A DNA stretch of 36,848 bases from Hydrogenophaga intermedia (GTDB taxonomy: Bacteria > Pseudomonadota > Gammaproteobacteria > Burkholderiales > Burkholderiaceae_C): contig CAMBOY010000001.1 in NCBI GenBank assembly GCA_945869245.1, positions 1 through 36,848 of the forward strand, in the 5' to 3' direction. The notes under the pieces are model-generated. The model was not told the origin of the DNA. It made no database searches and saw only the letters and a program-made list of their open reading frames with translations. How positions within the stretch are numbered: the first letter of the stretch is position 1; every line of letters starts with the position of its first letter. A program made the position numbers and the translations under genes. Shown here piece after piece: positions 10,674 through 19,585 of this stretch.

Positions 10674-11746
10674 GATTCCTGTTCAAGACCGACTACGAGC
10701 AGGACATCCGGCTGGCCAAGCACGGCGGCCATGTGTTCTGGTACAGCCTGCTGGGCTTGTTCTTGGTGGCCTCGCCCTGGTTGCTGGAGGAGTACTGGCT
10801 GGCGCAGCTGACCTTTGTGCTGATCTACGCCATTGTGGGCTTGGGCCTGATGCTGCTGGCTGGCTTTACGGGTCTGTTTTCGCTCGGCCACGCAGCGTTT
10901 TTGGGGGTGGGCGCCTACACCCAGGCGGTGATGGTCAACGCCGGCGTGCCTTTTCCGCTGGCGCTGTTGGCCGCTGGCGCGCTGGCGGCGGCGGTGGGTG
11001 TCGTGGTGGGCTTGCCGGCGCTGCGGGTCAAGGGCATTTACCTGGGCATGGCCACGCTGGCGTTTGGCTTTATTGTGGAAGAGGGCATCGCCCGCTGGGA
11101 CAGCGTGACCGGTGGCAACAAAGGCCTGATGGTGGGCTACCCCAATCTGTTTGGCTGGGAACTGGACTCGACCAACGAGTTTTATTTCTTGTGCCTGGTG
11201 GTGTGTGTGGTGGCCACGCTGGGCATCCTGAATCTGTTGCGATCGTCCACCGGCCGCGCGTTTGTCGCCATCCGCGACTCCGAAATTTCTGCCCAGAGCA
11301 TGGGCATTCACTTGGCGCGTTACAAGACCTTGTCGTTTGCGCTCTCAGCCGCGCTCGCCGGTGTGGGTGGCGCACTGTATGCGCACAAGATCATGTTTCT
11401 GTCGCCCGAGCAGTTCTCCATCATCCAGTCGATCGACTTGCTGCTGATGGTGGTGATTGGTGGCTTGGGCTCGGTGCACGGCGCGTTTCTGGGCGCCATC
11501 TTCCTCATCGTCATGCCGCAGCTCATTGCCATGGGCAAGGACTTGTTGCCCGCCGCCATCGGCCAGGCCGCTGGTTTGCAAGGCATGGTCTATGGTCTGG
11601 TGCTGATCGCCTTTGTGCTGTTTGAGCCCATGGGCCTGTACGGCCGCTGGCTCAAGATCCGCACCTGGTTCCAGCTCTTCCCGTTCTACCGCAAAGGCAT
11701 GTTCAAGCGGCAGAAGTCGTTCCAGAAATCGGACCGATTGAAATGA
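10670..11746 (+). CDS. Branched-chain amino acid-type ABC transporter permease (LivM-like)
   Basis: ATGA coupling; GFTGLFSLGHAAFLGVGAY, GRAFVAIRDSEISAQSMGI, MVVIGGLGS. Confidence 0.9.
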   Translation: MRFLFKTDYEQDIRLAKHGGHVFWYSLLGLFLVASPWLLEEYWLAQLTFVLIYAIVGLGLMLLAGFTGLFSLGHAAFLGVGAYTQAVMVNAGVPFPLALLAAGALAAAVGVVVGLPALRVKGIYLGMATLAFGFIVEEGIARWDSVTGGNKGLMVGYPNLFGWELDSTNEFYFLCLVVCVVATLGILNLLRSSTGRAFVAIRDSEISAQSMGIHLARYKTLSFALSAALAGVGGALYAHKIMFLSPEQFSIIQSIDLLLMVVIGGLGSVHGAFLGAIFLIVMPQLIAMGKDLLPAAIGQAAGLQGMVYGLVLIAFVLFEPMGLYGRWLKIRTWFQLFPFYRKGMFKRQKSFQKSDRLK

Positions 11747-11749
11747 ACC

Positions 11750-11823
11750 ACCCCCGCGCCGCTTCGCGTCACCCCCTCCAGGGGGCAACACCTGCGGTCT
11801 GGCAAAGCCAGTCCCGGGGTGTT
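11750..11823. repeat. GC-rich palindromic intergenic repeat (REP-like), copy A
   Basis: acccccgcgccgcttcgcgtcaccccct-cca-gggggc followed by stem aacacc...ctggc-aaa-gccag...ggtgtt; homologous to 13501-13592. Confidence 0.7.
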
Positions 11824-11872
11824 CTTGAACGGGTGCCGGGCACTCACTCTTGTCTGGTGTTGGCGAGAACCT

Positions 11873-12706
11873 ATGACTGAAGAAATCTTGCTTTCTGCAA
11901 ACAAGCTGACCGTCCGCTTTGGTGGCGTGGTCGCGGTCAACAACGTCAGCTTCGACGTCCGGCGCGGCGAGGTGTTCACCTTGATCGGCCCCAACGGCGC
12001 GGGCAAAACCACGGTCTTCAACCTCATCAGCCGCATCTACACCCCAACCCAGGGCAGCATCGACTATGCGGGGCCGCAGGGCATGCTGCGCCTGACCGAA
12101 CAGCCGCCGCACGCCATCGCCGGCCTGGGCATTGCGCGCACGTTCCAGAACATCGAGTTGTTTGAGCACGCCACGGTGCTGCAAAACCTGCTGATTGGTC
12201 GCCACACCCACCGCTGCACCGGTTTGTGGAGCGAGTTGTTTTTCAGCGGCCGTACCCGCGCGGCGGAAATTGAAGCCCGCGACAAGGTCGAGCAAGTGAT
12301 CGACTTTCTGGACCTGCAGCACCACCGCGACACCATGGTGGCCGGCTTGCCCTATGGCGTGCGCAAGGTGGTGGAGCTGGCCCGGGCGCTGTGCACCGAG
12401 CCGCGCCTGCTGCTGCTCGACGAACCGTCCTCAGGCCTGAACGTGGAAGAAACCGACGACATGGCGTTTTGGATCGCCGACATCAAGAACGAGTTGGGCA
12501 TCACCGTACTGATGGTGGAGCACGACATGAGCCTGGTGTCTAAGGTGTCCGACCGGGTGTTGGCCATGAGCATGGGGGCCGAGCTGGCCACCGGCACACC
12601 GGCCGAGGTGCAGAGCCACCCCGGGGTGATCGAGGCCTACCTCGGCACCGTGGACGATGTGTCGAGCCTGCGCCGCACGGCGCCGGTGCAAGGAGCCCCA
12701 GCATGA
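11873..12706 (+). CDS. ABC transporter ATP-binding protein (LivG-like)
   Basis: GPNGAGKTT, IARTFQN, LPYG...ELARAL, LLLDEP, VEHDM, VIEAYLG. Confidence 0.92.
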   Translation: MTEEILLSANKLTVRFGGVVAVNNVSFDVRRGEVFTLIGPNGAGKTTVFNLISRIYTPTQGSIDYAGPQGMLRLTEQPPHAIAGLGIARTFQNIELFEHATVLQNLLIGRHTHRCTGLWSELFFSGRTRAAEIEARDKVEQVIDFLDLQHHRDTMVAGLPYGVRKVVELARALCTEPRLLLLDEPSSGLNVEETDDMAFWIADIKNELGITVLMVEHDMSLVSKVSDRVLAMSMGAELATGTPAEVQSHPGVIEAYLGTVDDVSSLRRTAPVQGAPA

Positions 12707-13491
12707 CGGTACCGGTGACAGACAACGCGGTGCTCAAGTTGCTCAATGTGGAGAGCGCCTACGGTCCGATCAAGGCCATTCGTGGGGTGAGTCTGCAGGT
12801 GCGGCGCGGTGAAATCGCCACCGTGTTGGGCAGCAACGGCGCGGGCAAAACGACGATCCTGAAAACCATCAGCGGCATCATCGATCCGCGCAAGGGCAGC
12901 ATCGAGTTCAAGGGCGAAAACATCACCGCCCAAGACCCGGCTCTGATCGTACAGCGCGGTCTGATGCATGTGCCCGAAGGGCGCGAGGTGTTCCCGCTGC
13001 TGTCGGTGCGCGACAACCTGCTCATGGGCGCCTACACCCGCAGCGACCGCGATGGTGTGACGCGCGACATGGAGTCGGTGTTCACCTATTTCCCCATTCT
13101 GCGCGAGCGCGCCGCGCAAGACGCTGGCCTGCTCTCCGGCGGCCAGCAGCAAATGCTGGCCATCAGCCGCGCGCTCATGGCCAACCCGGATCTGATCTTG
13201 CTCGACGAGCCGAGCCTGGGCCTCTCCCCAAAGCTCACCAAAGAAATCTTCGAGATCGTGGTGCGCATCAACCGCGAGCGCGGCACCACCATCTTGCTGG
13301 TGGAGCAAAACGCCAACATGGCGCTCAACGCCGCCGACTACGGCTACGTATTGGAAAACGGCCGCATCGTCATGGAAGACACCTGCGCCCGCTTGCGCGA
13401 GAAGGAGGACATCAAGGAGTTCTACCTCGGCATGAAGGAAGAGGGCGTGCGCGCCGACCGCCGCTGGAAGAAAAAGAAAACCTGGAGATAG
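12703..13491 (+). CDS. ABC transporter ATP-binding protein (LivF-like)
   Basis: GSNGAGKTT, VPEGREVF, LSGGQQQMLAI, DEPSLGLSP, VEQNA. Confidence 0.92.
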   Translation: MTVPVTDNAVLKLLNVESAYGPIKAIRGVSLQVRRGEIATVLGSNGAGKTTILKTISGIIDPRKGSIEFKGENITAQDPALIVQRGLMHVPEGREVFPLLSVRDNLLMGAYTRSDRDGVTRDMESVFTYFPILRERAAQDAGLLSGGQQQMLAISRALMANPDLILLDEPSLGLSPKLTKEIFEIVVRINRERGTTILLVEQNANMALNAADYGYVLENGRIVMEDTCARLREKEDIKEFYLGMKEEGVRADRRWKKKKTWR

Positions 13492-13500
13492 AGATGATGC

Positions 13501-13592
13501 ACCCCCTGCGCCGCTTCGCGTCTTCCCCCTCTCTGGCCTTCGGCCGGAGGGGGACGCACCCAGTGGTCCGGCGAAGCCGGTCCCACGGGTGC
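13501..13592. repeat. GC-rich palindromic intergenic repeat (REP-like), copy B
   Basis: accccctgcgccgcttcgcgtcttccccct...ggggac, gcaccc...ccggc-gaa-gccgg...gggtgc; same architecture as 11750-11823. Confidence 0.7.
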
Positions 13593-13644
13593 CCTGGCCA
13601 TCGAGACCTCGCTGCAGCGCCGACGGTAGCGCGGGGGGACGCTC

Positions 13645-15501
13645 ATGAGTAATTTATGGGATTTGTCCCATATCCAGCCCGAGACGCGGGTGGTGCTCGC
13701 AGGCGAGACCATTCCGGCCATGTTCTGGAACGCGGTCGACCAGCGCGGGCCCAATGTGTGGCTGCGGCAGAAAGACTTTGGTATCTGGCGCAGCTGGACC
13801 TGGACCCAAGTGGGCCAGGCGGTGCGCGAGATCGGCCATGGCCTGCTGGCACTGGGCTTTGCCCCGCGCGAGACCGCGTCCATTCTCTCCAACACCAATA
13901 TCGACTGGGTACTGGCCGATCTGGCGGTGCTCAGCTGCGGCGGTGTGGCCAACGGTATTTATCCGACCGATGCCGCCGACCAGGTGCAGTACCTGTGCAC
14001 CGATTCGCGCACCACGGTGCTGCTGGTGGAAGACGACGAACAACTCGACAAGGCGTTGGCGGTGCGCGAATCGCTGCCGCTGCTGCGCCACATTGTGGTG
14101 TTCGACATGGACGGCCTGCGCGAGCTCAACGACCCCATGGTCATTGGCCTGGACGCGCTGCGCCAGTTGGGGCGCGAACACATGACGCAGCACCCCAAGG
14201 CGCTGGATGAGCGGGTGGCCAATTGCCAGCCCGAGCAGCTGGCGATTTTGGTCTACACCTCGGGCACCACCGGCAAGCCCAAAGGTGCCATGCACAGCCA
14301 CGCCGGGCTGGTCTACACCGTGCGCGGCTACAACACGCTGATCGCGCGCGACGAGTCCGACGAGTGCATGTGCTTTTTGCCGCTCTGCCACATCGCCGAA
14401 CGCATGGGCGGCGAGTACTTCTCGCTCTACACCGGCGCCAAGCTCAACTTTGTGGAAAACCCCGACACCGTGCCCGAGAACGTGCGCGAGATCGCGCCCA
14501 CTGTGTTCACGGCGGTGCCCCGGGTGTGGGAGAAGTTTTATTCGGGCGTGATGATTGCGCTCAAGGAAGCCGGTGTTCTGCAACAGGGCGCCTACGCTTG
14601 GGCCATTGGGGTGGGGCAGCGGGTGGCCGAGCAGGTGCTGGCTGGTCAGCCGGTGTCCGCTGCCTTGCGCGCCCAGTTCACACTGGCGCGCTGGCTGGTG
14701 CTCAACAATGTGCGCAAGCTCATTGGCATTCACAACTCACGCTTTTTGGTCACTGGCGCGGCCCCCATTTCGCCGGAGCTGGTGCGCTGGTACCTCGCGC
14801 TGGGTGTGCCCATGCTCGAGGTCTGGGGTATGACCGAAACCTGCGGTGCGTCCACCGGTGTGACGGCCGCACGCATCAAGCCCGGCTCGATTGGCCCGGC
14901 GGCCAACTACAACCAGGTGCGGCTCGACCCCGCCACCGGCGAGATTTTGGTCAAGGGCCCCAACGTGTTCATGGGCTACCTCAACTTGCCCGAGAAAACC
15001 GCCGAGACCATCGACGCCGACGGATGGCTGCACACCGGGGACGTGGGTGTGGTCGATGAGGAAGGGTTTTTCCGCATCACCGACCGCATGAAAGACATCA
15101 TCATCACCGCAGGGGGCAAGAACATCACACCCAGCGAGATCGAAAACGAATTGAAGTTTTCGCCCTATGTGACCGACGCGGTGGTCATCGGCGACCAGCG
15201 GCCCTACCTCACCGTCATCATCATGATCGATCAAGACAACGTGGAGAAGTTTGCGCAAGACAACGATGTGCCCTTCTCCAACTACGCCAGCCTCACCCGC
15301 TCGCCCGAGGTTCAGCAACTCATCTCCGACTTGATCGAGAGCGTCAACAAGAAGTTTGCTCGTGTCGAGCAGATCAAGAAGTTTTGGCTGCTTGACACCC
15401 AGCTCAGCGCCGAAGACGAAGAACTCACCCCCACCATGAAGCTCAAGCGCAAGCTGGTGCAACAGAAGTATGCCGAGCGGATCGAGGCCATGTACCGCTG
15501 A
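13645..15501 (+). CDS. Long-chain fatty acid--CoA ligase (AMP-dependent synthetase)
   Basis: AMP-binding motif YTSGTTGKPKG, LPLCHIAER, WGMTET, GWLHTGDVG, ITDRMKDIIITAGGKNI. Confidence 0.93.
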   Translation: MSNLWDLSHIQPETRVVLAGETIPAMFWNAVDQRGPNVWLRQKDFGIWRSWTWTQVGQAVREIGHGLLALGFAPRETASILSNTNIDWVLADLAVLSCGGVANGIYPTDAADQVQYLCTDSRTTVLLVEDDEQLDKALAVRESLPLLRHIVVFDMDGLRELNDPMVIGLDALRQLGREHMTQHPKALDERVANCQPEQLAILVYTSGTTGKPKGAMHSHAGLVYTVRGYNTLIARDESDECMCFLPLCHIAERMGGEYFSLYTGAKLNFVENPDTVPENVREIAPTVFTAVPRVWEKFYSGVMIALKEAGVLQQGAYAWAIGVGQRVAEQVLAGQPVSAALRAQFTLARWLVLNNVRKLIGIHNSRFLVTGAAPISPELVRWYLALGVPMLEVWGMTETCGASTGVTAARIKPGSIGPAANYNQVRLDPATGEILVKGPNVFMGYLNLPEKTAETIDADGWLHTGDVGVVDEEGFFRITDRMKDIIITAGGKNITPSEIENELKFSPYVTDAVVIGDQRPYLTVIIMIDQDNVEKFAQDNDVPFSNYASLTRSPEVQQLISDLIESVNKKFARVEQIKKFWLLDTQLSAEDEELTPTMKLKRKLVQQKYAERIEAMYR

Positions 15502-15538
15502 TTTTTTCCCCCCGACCTTTCACACTAGGAGACACTCC

Positions 15539-16705
15539 ATGCAACGCAAATTCAGTCTGGTCGCCGCCGCGCTGGCGCTGGTAGGCGCCAGCGCCTTCGC
15601 CCAATCGCAAGGCGTGAGCAAAACCGAAATCACCCTGGGTTCTATCCAGGACTTGTCCGGCCCTTTGGCGGGCTTTGGCAAGCAAGTGCGCCTGGGCATG
15701 ATGCTGCGGGTCGACGAGGCCAATGAGCAAGGCGGCGTGAATGGCCGCAAACTGCGTCTGCAGGTGGAAGACTCGGGCTACGATCCGCGCAAGGCCGTGT
15801 TGGCTGCGCAAAAGCTGGTGAACCAAGACAAGATTTTTGCCATGGTCGGCCACATCGGCACCGCACAAAACATGGCTGCTATGCCGGTGCAGTTCCAGAA
15901 GAACGTGATCAACTTCTTCCCGGTGACCGCAGCGCGCGAAATGTACGACCCCTTCCACCGGCTGAAATACTCGTTCGCTGCCACCTACTACGACCAGATG
16001 CGCCAGGCCGTGCCCATGCTGGTGAAAGAAAAGAACGCCAAAAAAGTCTGTTCCATGTACCAGGACGACGAGTTCGGTCTGGAGGTGTTCAAGGGCGCTG
16101 AAGAGGGTCTGAAGTCCATCGGCATGACGTTTGCCGAGGTCACCACCTACAAGCGTGGCGCCACCGACTTCGCCTCGCAAATGCAAAAGCTCGCTTCCTC
16201 GCAGTGCGACTTTGTGGTCATGGGCACCATCATCCGCGAGACCATTGGCGGCATCGCCACCGCGCGGCGTCTGGGCTTTAACCCGACCTTTCTCGGCTCG
16301 AGCGCGGCCTACACCGACCTGATCCACAAGCTTGGCGGCCCCGCCATGAACGGGCTGTACGCCGCGATGCAGGTGCAGCACCCCTACTTGGACGAGGCCT
16401 CGCAGCCCATCCGGTTCTGGGCCAACAAGTACAAGACCAAGTTCAACGAAGACCCGACCGTGTTCTCGGTGTACGGCTACAACGCGGTGGACGCCTTCAT
16501 CCGCGCCGCCACCAAAGCGGGCGCCAACTTGAGCACCGACAGCTTCATCAAAGCGATGGACACCATGGTCATTCCCGCCGACATTTTTGGTAGCGCCGAA
16601 ATGACCTTTGGCCCACAAAAGCGCCTGGGCAGCAACGCCTCGCGCCTGTCGCAAATCCAGGACGGCCGCTGGAAGGTGGTGTCGCCTTACTTCGCCAGCA
16701 AGTGA
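15539..16705 (+). CDS. ABC transporter substrate-binding protein (Liv family)
   Basis: RBS aggag, signal peptide, GVSKTEITLG..QDLSGP, NEQGGVNGRKL..EDSGYDP. Confidence 0.9.
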   Translation: MQRKFSLVAAALALVGASAFAQSQGVSKTEITLGSIQDLSGPLAGFGKQVRLGMMLRVDEANEQGGVNGRKLRLQVEDSGYDPRKAVLAAQKLVNQDKIFAMVGHIGTAQNMAAMPVQFQKNVINFFPVTAAREMYDPFHRLKYSFAATYYDQMRQAVPMLVKEKNAKKVCSMYQDDEFGLEVFKGAEEGLKSIGMTFAEVTTYKRGATDFASQMQKLASSQCDFVVMGTIIRETIGGIATARRLGFNPTFLGSSAAYTDLIHKLGGPAMNGLYAAMQVQHPYLDEASQPIRFWANKYKTKFNEDPTVFSVYGYNAVDAFIRAATKAGANLSTDSFIKAMDTMVIPADIFGSAEMTFGPQKRLGSNASRLSQIQDGRWKVVSPYFASK

Positions 16706-16749
16706 TGTTCAGGGTCCGGTTGGTCTGAGCGGCCAACCGTTGACTTGGC

Positions 16750-16777
16750 ACGCCGACCCTCGGGTCGGCGTTTTTTT
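16750..16777 (+). terminator. Rho-independent terminator of the ABC/ligase operon
   Basis: Hairpin acgccgaccc-tc-gggtcggcgt followed by a T run. Confidence 0.85.
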
Positions 16778-16915
16778 GTGTGCCTTGGTGCGGAGTCAAG
16801 AGCTTGCGCCCACATCAAATGAATTCATAAGTGTGAATAAATTAGCAATAGTGATGTGAAGACGCGTCATATTTACGCCATTTGGGCTATTCTCCATCTG
16901 AGGGTAAATGACAAG

Positions 16916-17851
16916 ATGACACAGTCCTATCTGACAAAAAAGCGATCGTTCTCATGCCATGCGGCCACTTTGTTGGGCGCGGCGCTGCTCTGGTGTGCAA
17001 CGACCGGTGTGGTGTGGGCCCAAGCTGTGGGGCCGGCGCGGGTGAGTTGGGTCACCTATTCCAGTGAAAGCATGGCGCCTTTGGATGTGTCCTCGTCCCA
17101 GGTGCGGCTGGTGTTGTTCCGTGCTGTGGACGATCTCTCACCCGAGCAGCCAGCCGGTGTGTTCATCAATGGGCGTTTGCTGAGCAGTTTGTTGCCGGGG
17201 GGCTTTGTTGACGCTGTGGTGTGCCGCAACAGCTGGCGCATTGAGGCCCGCACCACCGACGGCGTGTCCAGTCCTGTGCAGCGCCAAGGCTCCGAGCCAG
17301 AGTTGTTTGTGCGCGTGGCTGTGCGGCAGGGCGAGCCGCATCTGCAGCCCATCACCGCGTCCGAGTTTGTGGCGCAGGCCGACGGGTTGCGCCGCCAGGC
17401 CCATGTGGTGTCGCGCCTGGCGCCAGTGGGCGACTGCAGCCGGGGTGAAACCCGCTACACCTTGGCCTCGGAGCTGCTGTTTCAGTTCGGCAAAGACGGT
17501 ATTGGTAATTTGCTCAAAATGGGTGAATTTGAGATCGTCAAACTCGCCCGCAAGATCCGCGAAGACCACGCATCTATTGAGATGGTGGAGGTGGTGGGTC
17601 ATTCCGACCCCATGGGCCCACGTGCCCTCAACCTCGAATTGTCGACGTCGCGTGCACAGACGGTGGCGCAGGTGATGCTGGGGGTGGGCTTGCCAGCCGA
17701 CAAGCTCAAGGCCGTGGGTATGGCCGATGATCAGTTGGTGGTGCCCGGGTGCGACGCCAAAAAGCTGCCGCGCGCTGAGCTGCTGGCTTGCAACCAGCCC
17801 AACCGACGGGTGGAGGTGGTGGTCAAGGGCACGCGCCGCGCGCCCCAGTGA
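16916..17851 (+). CDS. OmpA-family (peptidoglycan-binding) domain protein
   Basis: N-terminal signal-like segment; C-terminal LLFQFGK, VVGHSDPMG..LNLELSTSRAQTV, and C...C.QPNRRVEV as in OmpA-C domains. Confidence 0.82.
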   Translation: MTQSYLTKKRSFSCHAATLLGAALLWCATTGVVWAQAVGPARVSWVTYSSESMAPLDVSSSQVRLVLFRAVDDLSPEQPAGVFINGRLLSSLLPGGFVDAVVCRNSWRIEARTTDGVSSPVQRQGSEPELFVRVAVRQGEPHLQPITASEFVAQADGLRRQAHVVSRLAPVGDCSRGETRYTLASELLFQFGKDGIGNLLKMGEFEIVKLARKIREDHASIEMVEVVGHSDPMGPRALNLELSTSRAQTVAQVMLGVGLPADKLKAVGMADDQLVVPGCDAKKLPRAELLACNQPNRRVEVVVKGTRRAPQ

Positions 17852-18334
17852 TCAGGACACGATGTAAGCGCCTGCGCCGGTCGACAGCAGCTTACCGTCC
17901 GGCCCGTAAAAACCCATGCGCGTGCTGGCCACCCGCGAACCCAGGCGCAGCACCTCGGCACGCAGTTCAAACCATTCGCCAATGCCCGGGCGCAGGTAGT
18001 CGATGCGCAGGTCGATGGTGCCGAGCTTGGCAAAACGGTGCAGGCGCAGCTCAGGCGCCTCGTCCATGTGGCGCGCGCCAATCGCGGCCATGCAGGCCAG
18101 ACCGCCCATGGCGTCGAGACCGGCGCTGATCACGCCGCCGTGCACCCGGTTGTAGGCGTAGTGGCCGACCAGTTGCGGCCGCATCTCGATGCGCGCGCTC
18201 ACCAGCTCGGGCTCCAGGCTGGTGATCTGCAGACCCAGCACCTGGTTGAAGACAATTTTTTCTTCAAAGATGGCCTTGAGGCCTTGCACAAATTCGGGAT
18301 CAAACGCCACGGGGGCGGTGGTTTTGGGGCTCAT
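17852..18334 (-). CDS. Thioesterase family protein (PaaI/YigI-like hotdog fold)
   Basis: FNQVLGL, HGGVISAGLDAMGG, GTIDLRIDYLRPG. Confidence 0.85.
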   Translation of the reverse strand: MSPKTTAPVAFDPEFVQGLKAIFEEKIVFNQVLGLQITSLEPELVSARIEMRPQLVGHYAYNRVHGGVISAGLDAMGGLACMAAIGARHMDEAPELRLHRFAKLGTIDLRIDYLRPGIGEWFELRAEVLRLGSRVASTRMGFYGPDGKLLSTGAGAYIVS

Positions 18335-18390
18335 GCGGGGATTGTGGGGCAAGCCTCCAGCGGGGTCTGTCGCCTGCGCCGTGCGGGCGT

Positions 18391-19563
18391 TCAGCGCACC
18401 GGGCGTTTGGCGATGCCCATGGTCTTGGCCAGAATGCCCAGCATCACCTCGTCGGCACCGCCGCCAATGCTGGCCAGGCGCCCGTCGCGGAACATGCGCG
18501 CCACCTTGTTCTCCCAGGTGAAGCCCATGCCGCCCCAGAACTGCAGGCAGGTGTCGGGCACCAAGCGGTTCAGGCGCCCGGCCTTGAGCTTGCACATGGT
18601 GGCCCATTCGGTCACGTCCTCGCCCGCCACATAGCGCTCGCAGGCGGCGTAGGTCAGGGCGCGCAGGCTCTCCACCTCGGTCTTGAGTTCAGCCAGCTTG
18701 AACTGCACCCACTGCTGATCGGTCAAGCTGGCACCAAACAGCTGGCGGTCTTGGGCCCATTCAATCGTCCAGCGGATGCAGTTGGAGAGGCTCTCGAGTG
18801 TGCTGGCCGCGCACCACAGCCGTTCTTCCTGAAACTGCTGCATCTGGTAGACAAAGCCTTGGCCCTCGCCGCCAATGCGAAAGCGCTGTGGCACCCGCAC
18901 CTTGTCAAAGTACAGCAGCCCGGTGTCGCTGCTCATCATGCCGATCTTGCGGATCTTCTTGCCCACCTCGATGCCCGGGCGCAGCCGCCCGTTCTCGCGC
19001 AGCGGCACCATCACCAGGCTTTTGTTTTTGTGCGCCGGGCCTTCGCTGGTGTTGACCAGCATGCACATCCAGTCGGCCTGCAGGCTGTTGGTGATCCACA
19101 TTTTTTGCCCGCTGATGACGTAGTCGTCGCCGTCTTTGCGCGCCACGGTTTTGATGCCCGCCACATCGCTGCCTGCGGCCGGCTCGCTCACGCCAATGCA
19201 GCCCACCTGCTCACCGGCAATGGCTGGCGCCAAAAACTGCGCGCGCAGCTCGTCGCTGCCAAAGCGCGCCAGCGCAGGCGTCGCCATGTCGGTTTGCACC
19301 CCAATGGCCATGGGCACACCGCCGCATGTAATGTGCCCCAGCGTTTCGGCCATGGCCAGGCCATAGCTGTAGTCCAGGCCCGCGCCGCCATAGGCCTCGG
19401 GCTTGGTCAGGCCCAGCAAGCCCAGCTTGCCCATCTCGCGAAACACCTCGTGCGCGGGAAAGATTTCGGCCGCCTCCCATTCGTCCACATGGGGGTTGAT
19501 CACGTCGTCAATAAAGCGCTTGAGCGTGCTTTGAATCTGGCGGTGTTCGTGGGTGAACGGCAT
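18391..19563 (-). CDS. atuD: Acyl-CoA dehydrogenase, citronellyl-CoA dehydrogenase (AtuD)-like
   Basis: GGVPMAIGVQTDMATPAL, GVSEPAAGSDVA, GQKMWITN, QFQEERL, SIGGGADEVML; lies in a cluster with atuF- and atuC-like genes. Confidence 0.75.
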   Translation of the reverse strand: MPFTHEHRQIQSTLKRFIDDVINPHVDEWEAAEIFPAHEVFREMGKLGLLGLTKPEAYGGAGLDYSYGLAMAETLGHITCGGVPMAIGVQTDMATPALARFGSDELRAQFLAPAIAGEQVGCIGVSEPAAGSDVAGIKTVARKDGDDYVISGQKMWITNSLQADWMCMLVNTSEGPAHKNKSLVMVPLRENGRLRPGIEVGKKIRKIGMMSSDTGLLYFDKVRVPQRFRIGGEGQGFVYQMQQFQEERLWCAASTLESLSNCIRWTIEWAQDRQLFGASLTDQQWVQFKLAELKTEVESLRALTYAACERYVAGEDVTEWATMCKLKAGRLNRLVPDTCLQFWGGMGFTWENKVARMFRDGRLASIGGGADEVMLGILAKTMGIAKRPVR

Positions 19564-19585
19564 GGCGGGCCTCCTGGGGCGGGGT

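Noticed and set aside
9798-16705. Acyl-CoA ligase embedded in a Liv-type ABC operon as a novel system
   Set aside because: This arrangement is common in proteobacteria for fatty or aromatic acid uptake with CoA trapping.
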